A DNA stretch of 64,000 nt from Tardiphaga sp. GTDB lineage: Bacteria > Pseudomonadota > Alphaproteobacteria > Rhizobiales > Xanthobacteraceae. Location of the stretch: NCBI RefSeq assembly GCF_028290495.1, contig NZ_JAQGJT010000113.1:5694-69693 (forward strand), in the 5' to 3' direction. Shown here piece by piece: positions 37,806-46,321 of this stretch. The notes under the pieces were generated by a model that worked only from the letters and a program-made list of their open reading frames with translations, had not been told where the DNA came from and searched no databases. Position numbers and translations under genes: made by a program. The stretch's first letter is position 1. Each line of letters opens with the position of its first letter.

Positions 37806-38446
37806 CCATGGACACCGAGCGCCTGATCCAGTCGCTGGCCGCCGATAACGCGCAGCGCCGCCGGCCGGTTGGCAACGGGCTGGCGCTTGCGCTGATGGTC
37901 GCGCTGCCGGTGGCAGCCGTAATGCTGCTGTCGACGATCGGGATGCGGCCGGATATCCGCCACGCGATGCGCACGCCGCTGTTCGATCTGAAATTCGTGG
38001 TGACGCTGGCGCTGGCAATTCCCGCGATCGCGATCAGCTTGCATCTGTCGCGGCCGGAGGCGTCCTTGCGCCACTGGGGCTGGATGCTGCTGGCGCCAGT
38101 GCTGATCCTCGCGCTCGGCATATCGGGCGAGATGATGATGCCGGACCGGCCGCCGATGATGATGCGCTGGATGGGCCATAACGCGATGCTGTGCATGACC
38201 GCGATCCCGCTGTTGGCACTGCCGATTCTGGCGGCAGCGCTGCTGGCGTTGCGGCAGGGCGCGCCGTCGCGCCCGGCGCTGGCTGGCGCGGTGGCGGGGC
38301 TGTTGTCCTCCGGCCTGGCGGCGACGCTCTACGCCGCGCATTGCATCGACGACTCCCCGCTATTCGTGGCGACCTGGTACACGCTGGCCACCGCTCTGGT
38401 GACCGCGATCGGCGCCTTGGCCGGCGCGCGGTGGCTGAAGTACTAG
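37802..38446 (+). CDS. NrsF/OsrA-type (DUF1109) membrane anti-sigma factor
   Basis: MDTERLIQSLA, LRQGAP, YAAHC.DD...FVATWY, two Cys; ATGA overlap. Confidence 0.9.
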   Translation: MTMDTERLIQSLAADNAQRRRPVGNGLALALMVALPVAAVMLLSTIGMRPDIRHAMRTPLFDLKFVVTLALAIPAIAISLHLSRPEASLRHWGWMLLAPVLILALGISGEMMMPDRPPMMMRWMGHNAMLCMTAIPLLALPILAAALLALRQGAPSRPALAGAVAGLLSSGLAATLYAAHCIDDSPLFVATWYTLATALVTAIGALAGARWLKY

Positions 38447-38472
38447 TAAACAACTTTGCAACAAGCGCGGAT

Positions 38473-38508
38473 CCTTCCCTCGCCCGGTAAAAGCGGGGCG
38501 AGGGAAGG
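38473..38508. terminator. CTCCC-type hairpin between convergent genes
   Basis: CCTTCCCTCGCCCG-GTAAAAGC-GGGGCGAGGGAAGG. Confidence 0.7.
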
Positions 38509-38612
38509 AACACCTCCTGCGTCAACGATCGAACCTGGCGCTTTTTCTGTTTGAGATGAATCGGGGCACTCGAAACGACGGAGCCCGCGGATCGGTTCAA
38601 CCTTAAAACGCT

Positions 38613-39941
38613 TTAGCGGGACGAAGCTGCCGCCGCCCGCCCGCGCGCGGCGTTGGCGATGTCGCCGTTCAGCTCGCCCGAATAGTCCTTGAAATCGACT
38701 TCCAGCGTGTAGCGCGCGGAATGCCGCCAGGTGCGCTGCTTCTCCTGGTGGAAGCTGCGGACTTCGATCGCCATGTCGGCGTTCGAAGGCAACGTGACCT
38801 TGCCGGACAGCACGGCGGCGATCCAGCGCGCCTGGATTTCGACCAGCGGAATCGTCGGCCCGATCGGCTGCACCAGACCTGCGAAGAACAGGCCGGGCTG
38901 GTTCGGCGGCGTGATACGCCGGTACAGATCAACCATGCCGCCGGTCTCCGGCACGGCAAAAATCTCCGGCGCCAGAAACGGGAAGCTGGACTTGTAGCCG
39001 GTGGCGTAGACCACCGCGTCGAAGCGTTCGCTTTTGCCATCGGCGAAGGTGATGGCGTCGCCGTCGAGCGAGGTGATGTTGGGGCGGATCGAGAGCCAGC
39101 CGTGGCCGAGATAGGGCAGCAGTTCCTGGCTCAACGTGGCGTGTTCGCGCCACATCGGATGTTGCGGCTTCGGCATGCCGAACCTCGTCTGGTCGCCGAC
39201 CCCGAGATAGATCAGCCGCGCCATGATCCGGCGGGCCCAAAGGGTCGGCAATTTCAGTTTCCGCGAGAAGAAGGACGACCAGCGATCGACCGGAATTCCC
39301 ATCAGGTACTTCGGCATGATCCAGGCGCCGGTGCGGGTCGACAATGCGACGTGGCCGGCGCGCTTGCACAGATCCACCGCGATATCGACCGCCGAATTGC
39401 CGATGCCGACCACCAGCACCTTCTTGTCCTCGAATGGCTGGGCGGTGCGGTACTGGCTGGAGTGAATGGCGGTGCCGTTGAAGGCGCCCGGAAACGACGG
39501 CCAGCGCGGGTCCCACAGATGGCCGTTGGCGACGATCACCGCGCCGTAGTGACGTGTGCCCTCGTTGGTGGTGACGCGCCAGCCCAACCGGTCCTTCTCA
39601 AGCGCGGTGACTTCGCAATTGAAGCGGATGTGCGCGCGCGCGCCGAACCGATCGGCATAGGCTTCCAGATATTCCAGCATCTGCGCATGCGAGAGAAAAT
39701 CCGGCTTGTCGGCGGAGATCGGAAAATCGGAATAGCCGAGGTTGTTGCGGCTGGTGTCGATGTGCAGGCTGCGATAGGCGCAGGACAGGCCGTTGTCGTT
39801 GCCGTAGCGCCACATGCCGCCGATGTCGGAGCCCTTCTCGAAGATGTCGAAGCTGAGCCCCTTGTCGTGCAGCGCCTTGGCCACCGCGATGCCGGATGAG
39901 CCGGCCCCGATGATGCAGATGTCGGCCGTGGTTTCGTTCAT
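38613..39941 (-). CDS. Class B flavin-containing monooxygenase (FMO-like)
   Basis: GAGSSG, GGMW, FNGTAIHSSQY (FxGxxxHxxxY), GIGNSA, ATGY. Confidence 0.93.
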   Translation of the reverse strand: MNETTADICIIGAGSSGIAVAKALHDKGLSFDIFEKGSDIGGMWRYGNDNGLSCAYRSLHIDTSRNNLGYSDFPISADKPDFLSHAQMLEYLEAYADRFGARAHIRFNCEVTALEKDRLGWRVTTNEGTRHYGAVIVANGHLWDPRWPSFPGAFNGTAIHSSQYRTAQPFEDKKVLVVGIGNSAVDIAVDLCKRAGHVALSTRTGAWIMPKYLMGIPVDRWSSFFSRKLKLPTLWARRIMARLIYLGVGDQTRFGMPKPQHPMWREHATLSQELLPYLGHGWLSIRPNITSLDGDAITFADGKSERFDAVVYATGYKSSFPFLAPEIFAVPETGGMVDLYRRITPPNQPGLFFAGLVQPIGPTIPLVEIQARWIAAVLSGKVTLPSNADMAIEVRSFHQEKQRTWRHSARYTLEVDFKDYSGELNGDIANAARGRAAAASSR

Positions 39942-40915
39942 GCGGCGGATTTTCCTGATGACAGGTAAGAGAGATAGTTGAGGACGATATCATCGAAGCT
40001 CTTGTCGGCGACGATACCGACCGATGGTGCGCGGGTCGAAATTAAGCCCTTCGGCCAGCCATCGACAATCTTTTTCAGTTCGGCGTCCGGCGCAAAGGAG
40101 ATGTCGGGCGCGCTGCCGGTCACACGCGTGATCGATTCCACGATGTCCGTCATGCTCACCGTCAGCGCCGGCTGGTTCAGCATGCGCTTGCCGCGCAGCC
40201 GGGCTGGCTCGGCATCGTGCAGCGCGATCAGGTTCCGTACCACGGTCTGTACCGATACGACGGCCACCTTGGCGTCCGGCCGCAGCGGACAGACGGAAGG
40301 CTTGCCGGCGGCGCTGTCGCGCAGCATGGCGGCGATCCGGTCGGATACCGACTGCGTCGGCGGGCCAGGATGGACCAGCACGATCGGCAGCCGCAGCGCG
40401 CGGGCATCGATCACGCCGTGCCGTGTGGCGTCGGCCAGTATCAGCTCGGCGATCGCCTTGTGGGTGCCGTAAGAGGTCTGCGGCCGCTGCAGATGATCGT
40501 CATCGACATCGTCCGGGAGCAAGCCGCCGAACACCGCGATCGAGCTCGGGAAGATCAGCCGCGGCGGCGCGATCTTGTTGCCGACCGCATCGATCAGTTC
40601 GGCCAGCGCCAAGACGTTGATCGCGAGGGCGCGCGCAGGATCCTGTTCGGCGGCGCTGGTTAGCACCGCGGCGAGATGAAACACGCTGTCGGGCTGCCAT
40701 TGCGCGATGGCCTGCCGTGTGGCGGGCGTGGCGATGTCGGCTTGCAACGGCTTCAGCCGCGGGTCGGCGCAGGCCGGCAGATGCGTGTCGAGGAGGAGGA
40801 TTTCGTCGATCGCCTGCCGCTCGCCGGCGCGGTTGGTAAGCTGGCCCGATTGCAGCAGCGCGCGGGTCAGGGCTGTGCCGATGAATCCGCCGGCGCCGGT
40901 GATTAAAACGCGCAT
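39938..40915 (-). CDS. NAD-dependent epimerase/dehydrogenase (DenD-like extended SDR)
   Basis: ITGAGGFIG, FHLAA, SSIAVFG, SYGTHK (YxxxK); ATGA overlap with the FMO gene. Confidence 0.88.
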   Translation of the reverse strand: MRVLITGAGGFIGTALTRALLQSGQLTNRAGERQAIDEILLLDTHLPACADPRLKPLQADIATPATRQAIAQWQPDSVFHLAAVLTSAAEQDPARALAINVLALAELIDAVGNKIAPPRLIFPSSIAVFGGLLPDDVDDDHLQRPQTSYGTHKAIAELILADATRHGVIDARALRLPIVLVHPGPPTQSVSDRIAAMLRDSAAGKPSVCPLRPDAKVAVVSVQTVVRNLIALHDAEPARLRGKRMLNQPALTVSMTDIVESITRVTGSAPDISFAPDAELKKIVDGWPKGLISTRAPSVGIVADKSFDDIVLNYLSYLSSGKSAA

Positions 40916-41086
40916 GTATGCCGTCCCGCGAAATGATCCGTGCGCCCGCATTGCCGTGGCGCTTGCATCACTATCAATGCGACGGCGCCGAAGTCGATGC
41001 TCGCCAGCGGATGGCAGGTCAGCGCCAGAGGCGTTGCGACGCAATGGCGCAGCCATGACGAAGCGCGTGCCGCTTGCGCATTGCGA

Positions 41087-42196
41087 TCAAACCTGAGGCA
41101 AGTTCGACGTGGCCTGTTGCATGCGGTGGAAACGCAGCACCTGCTGTGCGGTGGACAGCCGCAGCCGCTCGTAGGTGTCCTGGTCGGTGTTGTCGACCGC
41201 CAGCGCCACGCCGGAGATCGTTTCGCGCAGCCGGATGATGGCCTGGACGGTGGCCCAGGAAAATCCGGCGACCTTGGCGAGAATGAAGATACCTTCGGTG
41301 CGGGACTCGATCATCATGGTTTCGGCGACGGCCAGCGGCACGGCGGCGAGACAGGCGATGGCGGCGTTGGTCTCGTCGAACTTCCGGGCTTCGGCGAAGG
41401 CCGACACCTCGGTCTCGTCGAGCCGGCCGTCCTCGAACAGCGAGCGTACCAGGCCGTGGGCGATCGTGGTCTCGTGGCTGATCGCCGCGGGCGCCGAGCG
41501 GGCGCGCCGCGTGACTTCCGCGACGACCCGGGAGACATCGCCCGACCACTTCGGATTCGCGGCTTCGAGCCGCTGGCGCACCGAGGCCGAGGCCTTGGCG
41601 ATCAGTTGCAGATAATGGTGCCGCGGGATCGACGGGCGCATGCCGACGCAGGTGGCGATGCCGTCGCTCTGCTCGGCGCGTGCCAGCAGTTTCGTGTAGC
41701 CCTTCTCGGAGAATTCGGCGCCGGGATTGGAAGCCGTGCTTCGCACCACCTCGTTATTGCCGCGCTCGACCAGTACGTCGGTGACGGCGCCGCTCAGCAT
41801 TTTGCGCAGCGAGATCGCCAGCAGATGGCCCTGGCTCTTGGTGCGCGCATTCTCGATCAGCGAGTGGTCGTCGAGCCGTTCGGATTGCGTCAGCAGGGGA
41901 GCTGCGACCTCGATCATGTCGTCGAACGCCAGCGCGCGAACGATGCGCGGCGGCGCGGTGTCAACTGGCGCAAGCCGGTTTGCCAGCAGCACCCTGGCCG
42001 AAGTTTCCATTTGCGCGACGAGACACTCGAACACGTCATCGAATACGGCGAGCTGATCGTTGGAAAAATAGATCGCATTCTCGAGAAACAGATCGGTCAC
42101 ACGGCGCAGTGTCTCGACGCGGCGGGCCACGGTGCCGTGAGCCAGAGATGATTGAAGTTCGTCGAGCAAATCGGCTGCTAAAGTGCGTTTTGGCAT
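41087..42196 (-). CDS. DUF2336 domain protein
   Basis: RRVETLRRVTDLF, LAFDD.IEVAAPLLTQS, HLLAIS.R..L...VTDVLVERG. Confidence 0.88.
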   Translation of the reverse strand: MPKRTLAADLLDELQSSLAHGTVARRVETLRRVTDLFLENAIYFSNDQLAVFDDVFECLVAQMETSARVLLANRLAPVDTAPPRIVRALAFDDMIEVAAPLLTQSERLDDHSLIENARTKSQGHLLAISLRKMLSGAVTDVLVERGNNEVVRSTASNPGAEFSEKGYTKLLARAEQSDGIATCVGMRPSIPRHHYLQLIAKASASVRQRLEAANPKWSGDVSRVVAEVTRRARSAPAAISHETTIAHGLVRSLFEDGRLDETEVSAFAEARKFDETNAAIACLAAVPLAVAETMMIESRTEGIFILAKVAGFSWATVQAIIRLRETISGVALAVDNTDQDTYERLRLSTAQQVLRFHRMQQATSNLPQV

Positions 42197-42265
42197 CGTG
42201 TCTCTGTCCTGGAGCTCTCGGCAATACGACAGCGTTTCTTCGCTGCCGGGATAACGTAAATTCGG

Positions 42266-43411
42266 TCAGGCGCTGGCAATCAGGTTTCGTCCCCCGGCCT
42301 TGGCTGCATACAAAGCAGCATCGGCGCGGGCCAAAAGGGCATCGGGCGATTCGTCCGGCTCCATCGTCGCGACGCCCGCGGAAATGGTGACGATCAAGCC
42401 CTCGGAAAACGCGCTCCAGTCCAGCGTCGCGATGATCGCGCGCAGCCGATCGAGCAGCACCACGGCCATGTCATGCGGGGTATCGGGTAGCACCAGCAGG
42501 AATTCCTCGCCGCCATAGCGCCCGAACTTGTCGATCGCGCGGATGTTGGCGAACACCGCGATGGAGAAGGTGCGCAGCACTTCGTCGCCGGTCGGGTGGC
42601 CGTAGGTGTCGTTGATGCGCTTGAACCAGTCCAGATCGATCAGGGCGATCGAGCAGGGCGACTTGGTGCGATGCGCGCGGATGGTCTCGTCGCCGAGCAT
42701 CCGCATGATGCAGCGGCGGTTGTACGATCCGGTCAGCTCGTCGAGCTCGGAGAGTTCCTCGATCCGCTTGTAGGCGGTTTCGAGCTCGACGCGGCGTCGG
42801 GACAGCGCGTCCTGCATCGAGCTGGCGAACACGCCGATGAAGACGATGCGGCCGAGCGTCAGCGAGAAGGTCAGCAGCGTGCCGAAGCGCTCCAGCGGGT
42901 TGCCGAGTGGCACCGAGAACGACAGACCTCCGAGCCAGTACAGCGTTGCCACGCCCGCGGTGATGACGATCCAGATGGCGAAGCCGTATCGCGGCGTCGC
43001 GCGCATGCCGGCCATCTGCGCGACCAGAAACAGTGCGGACAGGAAGACCACCGCGACTTGCGGGGCGATGGCGACGAAGCCGAGCAGCAGCGCGAAGGTG
43101 GTGGCCGCATAGGTCTGCGCAAAGGTGCGGTCCCGCCACCGGTCGGTCGCGGGGATTTCGGACAGCGCCCAGAATCCCCCCACCACGATGACGGCCCCGA
43201 CTGTAAATGCCGTCGCGATGGCCACCGGGATTGTTCCTGCCGCGGCGAAGATCAGCAACAACGCCGCATTCACGACTTGGAAGGCGGCCGCGAAGACCAG
43301 CAACTGCCGCCGCCGCAGCCGCCGGCGCGTCAGCGCCTCGCTCGGCGACTCGCCGGGAACGACGGTCACGTCATCGCCGGTCGGGTCCTGGGTCGGGGAA
43401 ATTGCGGTCAT
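42266..43411 (-). CDS. Membrane diguanylate cyclase
   Basis: About six TM helices, DELTG..NRR, DLDWFKRINDTYGH, I-site RAID, GGEEF. Confidence 0.93.
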   Translation of the reverse strand: MTAISPTQDPTGDDVTVVPGESPSEALTRRRLRRRQLLVFAAAFQVVNAALLLIFAAAGTIPVAIATAFTVGAVIVVGGFWALSEIPATDRWRDRTFAQTYAATTFALLLGFVAIAPQVAVVFLSALFLVAQMAGMRATPRYGFAIWIVITAGVATLYWLGGLSFSVPLGNPLERFGTLLTFSLTLGRIVFIGVFASSMQDALSRRRVELETAYKRIEELSELDELTGSYNRRCIMRMLGDETIRAHRTKSPCSIALIDLDWFKRINDTYGHPTGDEVLRTFSIAVFANIRAIDKFGRYGGEEFLLVLPDTPHDMAVVLLDRLRAIIATLDWSAFSEGLIVTISAGVATMEPDESPDALLARADAALYAAKAGGRNLIASA

Positions 43412-43680
43412 GATCTCGCTACCGTTGGCGTGGTTGGAACCGTAGGGGTAAATGCCTTTAGGTTTGGTATCTTTTGCTCCGTCCTGCTCCGCCGCTGCTG
43501 CGGCCAACCGGCACTATCCTTCTCTTAAAAAAGGGTAATTCGGTCTTCTCACCAGAATTTGAGAATGTCGGATTTATGACATGGTGCCGGTCACCGGCCG
43601 TCCTGACATGACGGGCCGCGGGTGACCTGATGTGGCGGGTACCCCTGTCCGAAAATAAGGGACTCCGTTCGGCCGATTTC

Positions 43681-43713
43681 GTTGAACCTTTGCCGGGAAT
43701 TCCGAGACCTATC
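43681..43713 (+). promoter_or_regulatory. ECF-type promoter motif, copy P1
   Basis: GTTGAACC-N17-GACCTATC; same motif and spacing at 43890 and 45396. Confidence 0.65.
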
Positions 43714-43785
43714 AAGGCTGGGGGATTGCAATGCCCAGTCTCGGGCGGTGCTGCCGGGCGATCATACTGCGCCGCGGCGGCACCG

Positions 43786-43830
43786 TGTTGTTTGGCCCCA
43801 CGTCGTTTGGCCCAATGTCGTTTGGCTCCA
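43786..43830. repeat. Three tandem 15-bp repeats
   Basis: TGTTGTTTGGCCCCA / CGTCGTTTGGCCCAA / TGTCGTTTGGCTCCA. Confidence 0.85.
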
Positions 43831-43889
43831 TGTGCCGTTGGGCAGCGTATGGCGGGATTGCAGCATGTCTGAGAAGTTTCGTCCTGCCG

Positions 43890-43922
43890 GTTGAACCTCT
43901 TATGTTTTCTCCCCGACCAATC
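43890..43922 (+). promoter_or_regulatory. ECF-type promoter motif, copy P2
   Basis: GTTGAACC-N17-GACCAATC ending 15 bp before the sigma TTG start. Confidence 0.65.
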
Positions 43923-43936
43923 CAAAGAGTGGGCCA

Positions 43937-44506
43937 TTGAGCGCGACGCAGGCGACATCGGACGACCTGTTGATCTCGCGAATTGCACAGGGCGACCGAC
44001 TGGCGATGCAAGTGCTCTATGGCCGGCACCATGTCCGGGTATTCCGTTTCGGCCTGCGGCTGGTGCGGAACGAGCAGATCGCAGAGGATTTGATCAGCGA
44101 GGTTTTTCTCGACGTCTGGCGGCAGGCAGGCAAGTTCGAAGGGCGGTCCGCCGTTTCGACCTGGCTGCTGGCCATCACCCGGTTCAAGGCGCTGTCGGCG
44201 CTGCGCAAGCGGAAGGACGCCGAACTGGATGACGAGACCGCCAATGCGATCGAGGACGACTCCGACGATCCGGAAGTCGCCGTGCAGAAGAAGGATACCG
44301 GCGTCGCCTTGCGTAAATGCCTGACGGGGCTGTCGCGGGAACATCGGGAGATCGTAGACCTTGTCTATTACCACGAGAAATCCGTGGAGGAGGTCGCCGA
44401 GATCGTCGGAATTCCGGAGAATACCGTGAAGACGCGATTGTTCTATGCGCGCAAGAAGTTGGCCGAACTGCTCAAGGCAGCCGGCGTGGAACGAGGCTGG
44501 CCATGA
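43937..44506 (+). CDS. ECF sigma factor (probably ECF33/EcfQ-like)
   Basis: AEDLISEVFLDVWRQAGKFEGRS, STWLLAI, GIPENTVKTRLFYAR; TTG start. Confidence 0.9.
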   Translation: MSATQATSDDLLISRIAQGDRLAMQVLYGRHHVRVFRFGLRLVRNEQIAEDLISEVFLDVWRQAGKFEGRSAVSTWLLAITRFKALSALRKRKDAELDDETANAIEDDSDDPEVAVQKKDTGVALRKCLTGLSREHREIVDLVYYHEKSVEEVAEIVGIPENTVKTRLFYARKKLAELLKAAGVERGWP

Positions 44507-45240
44507 TGGCGATGAGAAATACAGTGCAGGACCAGCAGCCCGGCGAGATCGAGGCGCTATTGCCTTGGCATGCTGCCGGCACGCTGAACGCGCGCGATAC
44601 CCGCCGCGTCGACGAAGCGTTGGCCAAGGATCCCGAACTCGCTTTGCAGTATGAAGCGATCCGCGAGGAGTATGCCGAAACGATCCTGCTCAACGAGAGC
44701 CTGGGTGCGCCGTCGTCCCGGGCGATGCAGAAACTGTTCACAGCGATCGACGCCGAACCGGCGCGCGGCGGCCGGAGCTCGTTCAACGCATCGTCGCGGC
44801 TGTCGCGGTTCTTCGCTGGCCTGTCGCCGCGGACGCTGATGGCATCGGCCGCGGTCGGCGCGCTGGCGCTGCTGCTGCAGGCCGGGGTGATCGGCAGCAT
44901 CGTGATGCAGCAGCGTGGCGAAGTGGCGTTCGACACCGCCGCCACCAAGGCCCCGGCCCAGCCGGGCGCTCCGGCCATCGTCACCCGTTCGATTGCTCCG
45001 GATAGTTCGACGACCGTCCAGACCGGCCCGCGCGTGCTGGTGCGCTTCACGCCGGCCGCCAAGGTGTCCGATATCACCGCGCTGCTCGATACCTATCAGG
45101 CGACCATCGTCGATGGCGGCAAGGCCGGCCTGTTCCGGCTGCAACTTGGCCACCTTCCGATGACCAAGGAACAGGTCGACGGCTGGATCGGCCGGCTCTC
45201 GAGCGAGAAGATCGTCAGCTCGGTAAGCGCTGCGCCGTAG
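44503..45240 (+). CDS. Membrane anti-sigma factor with periplasmic ferredoxin-like C-terminal domain
   Basis: ALLPWHAAGTL N-terminal anti-sigma domain, one TM, C-terminal VRF......DI..LL......IVDG...GLFRL; ATGA overlap. Confidence 0.82.
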   Translation: MMAMRNTVQDQQPGEIEALLPWHAAGTLNARDTRRVDEALAKDPELALQYEAIREEYAETILLNESLGAPSSRAMQKLFTAIDAEPARGGRSSFNASSRLSRFFAGLSPRTLMASAAVGALALLLQAGVIGSIVMQQRGEVAFDTAATKAPAQPGAPAIVTRSIAPDSSTTVQTGPRVLVRFTPAAKVSDITALLDTYQATIVDGGKAGLFRLQLGHLPMTKEQVDGWIGRLSSEKIVSSVSAAP

Positions 45241-45262
45241 GCGTTGCCGCGCGCTATCACTT

Positions 45263-45310
45263 CGTTCCCGGACGCGATGCCATACGAAGCATTGCTTCGC
45301 AGATCCGGTG
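45263..45310. repeat. Half copy of the CCCGGACGCG repeat seen at 5303
   Basis: CCCGGACGCGATGCCATACGAAGCATTGCTTCGCAGATCCGG vs CCCGGACGCGATGCGATACGAAGTATCGTTTCGCAGGGCCGG. Confidence 0.75.
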
Positions 45311-45395
45311 GCCCGATTTCTACCAAAACAACCGGGAAACGAGTTTGTGGCGGTGCTCGCGTGACGAGCGCTTCCATCAAAATAATCACCACCGC

Positions 45396-45428
45396 GTTGA
45401 ACGTTTGCCGGGGTTCGCCAGACTGATT
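45396..45428 (+). promoter_or_regulatory. ECF-type promoter motif, copy P3
   Basis: GTTGAACG-N17-GACTGATT; shares TTTGCCGGG in the spacer with P1. Confidence 0.6.
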
Positions 45429-45430
45429 GA

Positions 45431-45544
45431 TGTGGGAGCGGTTATCCCTCCCCAACGAGGCATATCCGGCGCGAGCGCCCATCCATCCCCTGCGCCCGGT
45501 ATTGCTTGACCCGCCCGGTTGTCCCCCCGGGCGGGTCTCTCGTT
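45431..45544 (+). ncRNA. Candidate small regulatory RNA
   Basis: Begins right after P3; three consecutive hairpins with UCCC-rich tracts; last is a perfect 11-bp stem GACCCGCCCGG-TTGTCCCC-CCGGGCGGGTC followed by TCTCGTT. Confidence 0.55.
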
Positions 45545-45561
45545 AACCCATTGCTAACCAT
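45543..45561. promoter_or_regulatory. CtrA-like site
   Basis: TTAA-CCCATTG-CTAACCAT, one mismatch to TTAA-N7-TTAAC. Confidence 0.5.
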
Positions 45562-45760
45562 CTCGCCGCTACCATCACACCCGCGACTTGACACGCAAGC
45601 GCGGGGACGGGCGTGGATTCGTGGTGTTATTTGGCGGTGTTTGTCCAATTTTGGACACCTTTCGCTAGACCCCCGGAACCTTTCCACTGATCATCATCAA
45701 GTACTGGTGATTGATTCGTTTGTTGCTTCTTGCGTCCGTTTTCCTCTTGCGGACATTTCC

Positions 45761-46243
45761 ATGTCACACCCTCAAGCCGTCACCGGTCGCCAGATGATCG
45801 AGCGCTGGGCCGGTCTCGCCGAACGCCGTCTGGACTATCTGACCGACCTGTTCGAGAGCGGCCGCTGGCGCCGCTTTCATACCGAGGTCGATTTCCTGGA
45901 CAATATCCGGGAAGCCAAAATTGCAGTGGAGCGCTGGAACGCGATGGCTGCCCAGGAGGCCACCACTGGCAACATGCCGGTGACGTGGTCGTGGCTCGAC
46001 CGGCCGAACGGCGTGCCGACTTCCTATCAGGGCCGCGTGCTGCATGAGGCGCCACGCCCGCCGCGGGTGGTCGAAAAGCCCGTCGCAGCCGCGCCGGTGG
46101 CGCTGGCGCAATCGCCGGCCTTGCAGCCGCTGGCCACGCCGGTACGCGCCGCGAAGGTTGAGCCCGATCTCGACTGGAAGCGCGCGCTCGATCCCGACGT
46201 GCTCGGCGAGCGCTACCCGATGCTCCGCGCCGTCTCGATGTAG
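45761..46243 (+). CDS. TIGR03809 family protein
   Basis: RW..LAERRLDYLTDLFESGRWRRF...DFL.NIREAK; convergent with a TIGR03808-type gene. Confidence 0.8.
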   Translation: MSHPQAVTGRQMIERWAGLAERRLDYLTDLFESGRWRRFHTEVDFLDNIREAKIAVERWNAMAAQEATTGNMPVTWSWLDRPNGVPTSYQGRVLHEAPRPPRVVEKPVAAAPVALAQSPALQPLATPVRAAKVEPDLDWKRALDPDVLGERYPMLRAVSM

Positions 46244-46267
46244 TCTGCGCTCCGGCGGTGCACTCGC

Positions 46268-46310
46268 TCTCCCCTCCAGCGAAGCTTCGCTTCGCGCGGG
46301 GGAGAGGGGG
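46268..46310. repeat. CTCCC-type hairpin
   Basis: TCTCCCCTCCAGCGAAGCTTCGCTTCGCGCGGGGGAGA between convergent genes. Confidence 0.65.
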
Positions 46311-46321
46311 ATGAACGACGG

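Noticed and set aside
43786-43830. 15-bp repeats as a CRISPR array
   Set aside because: The repeats are directly adjacent with no spacers, are too short, and no cas genes are present.
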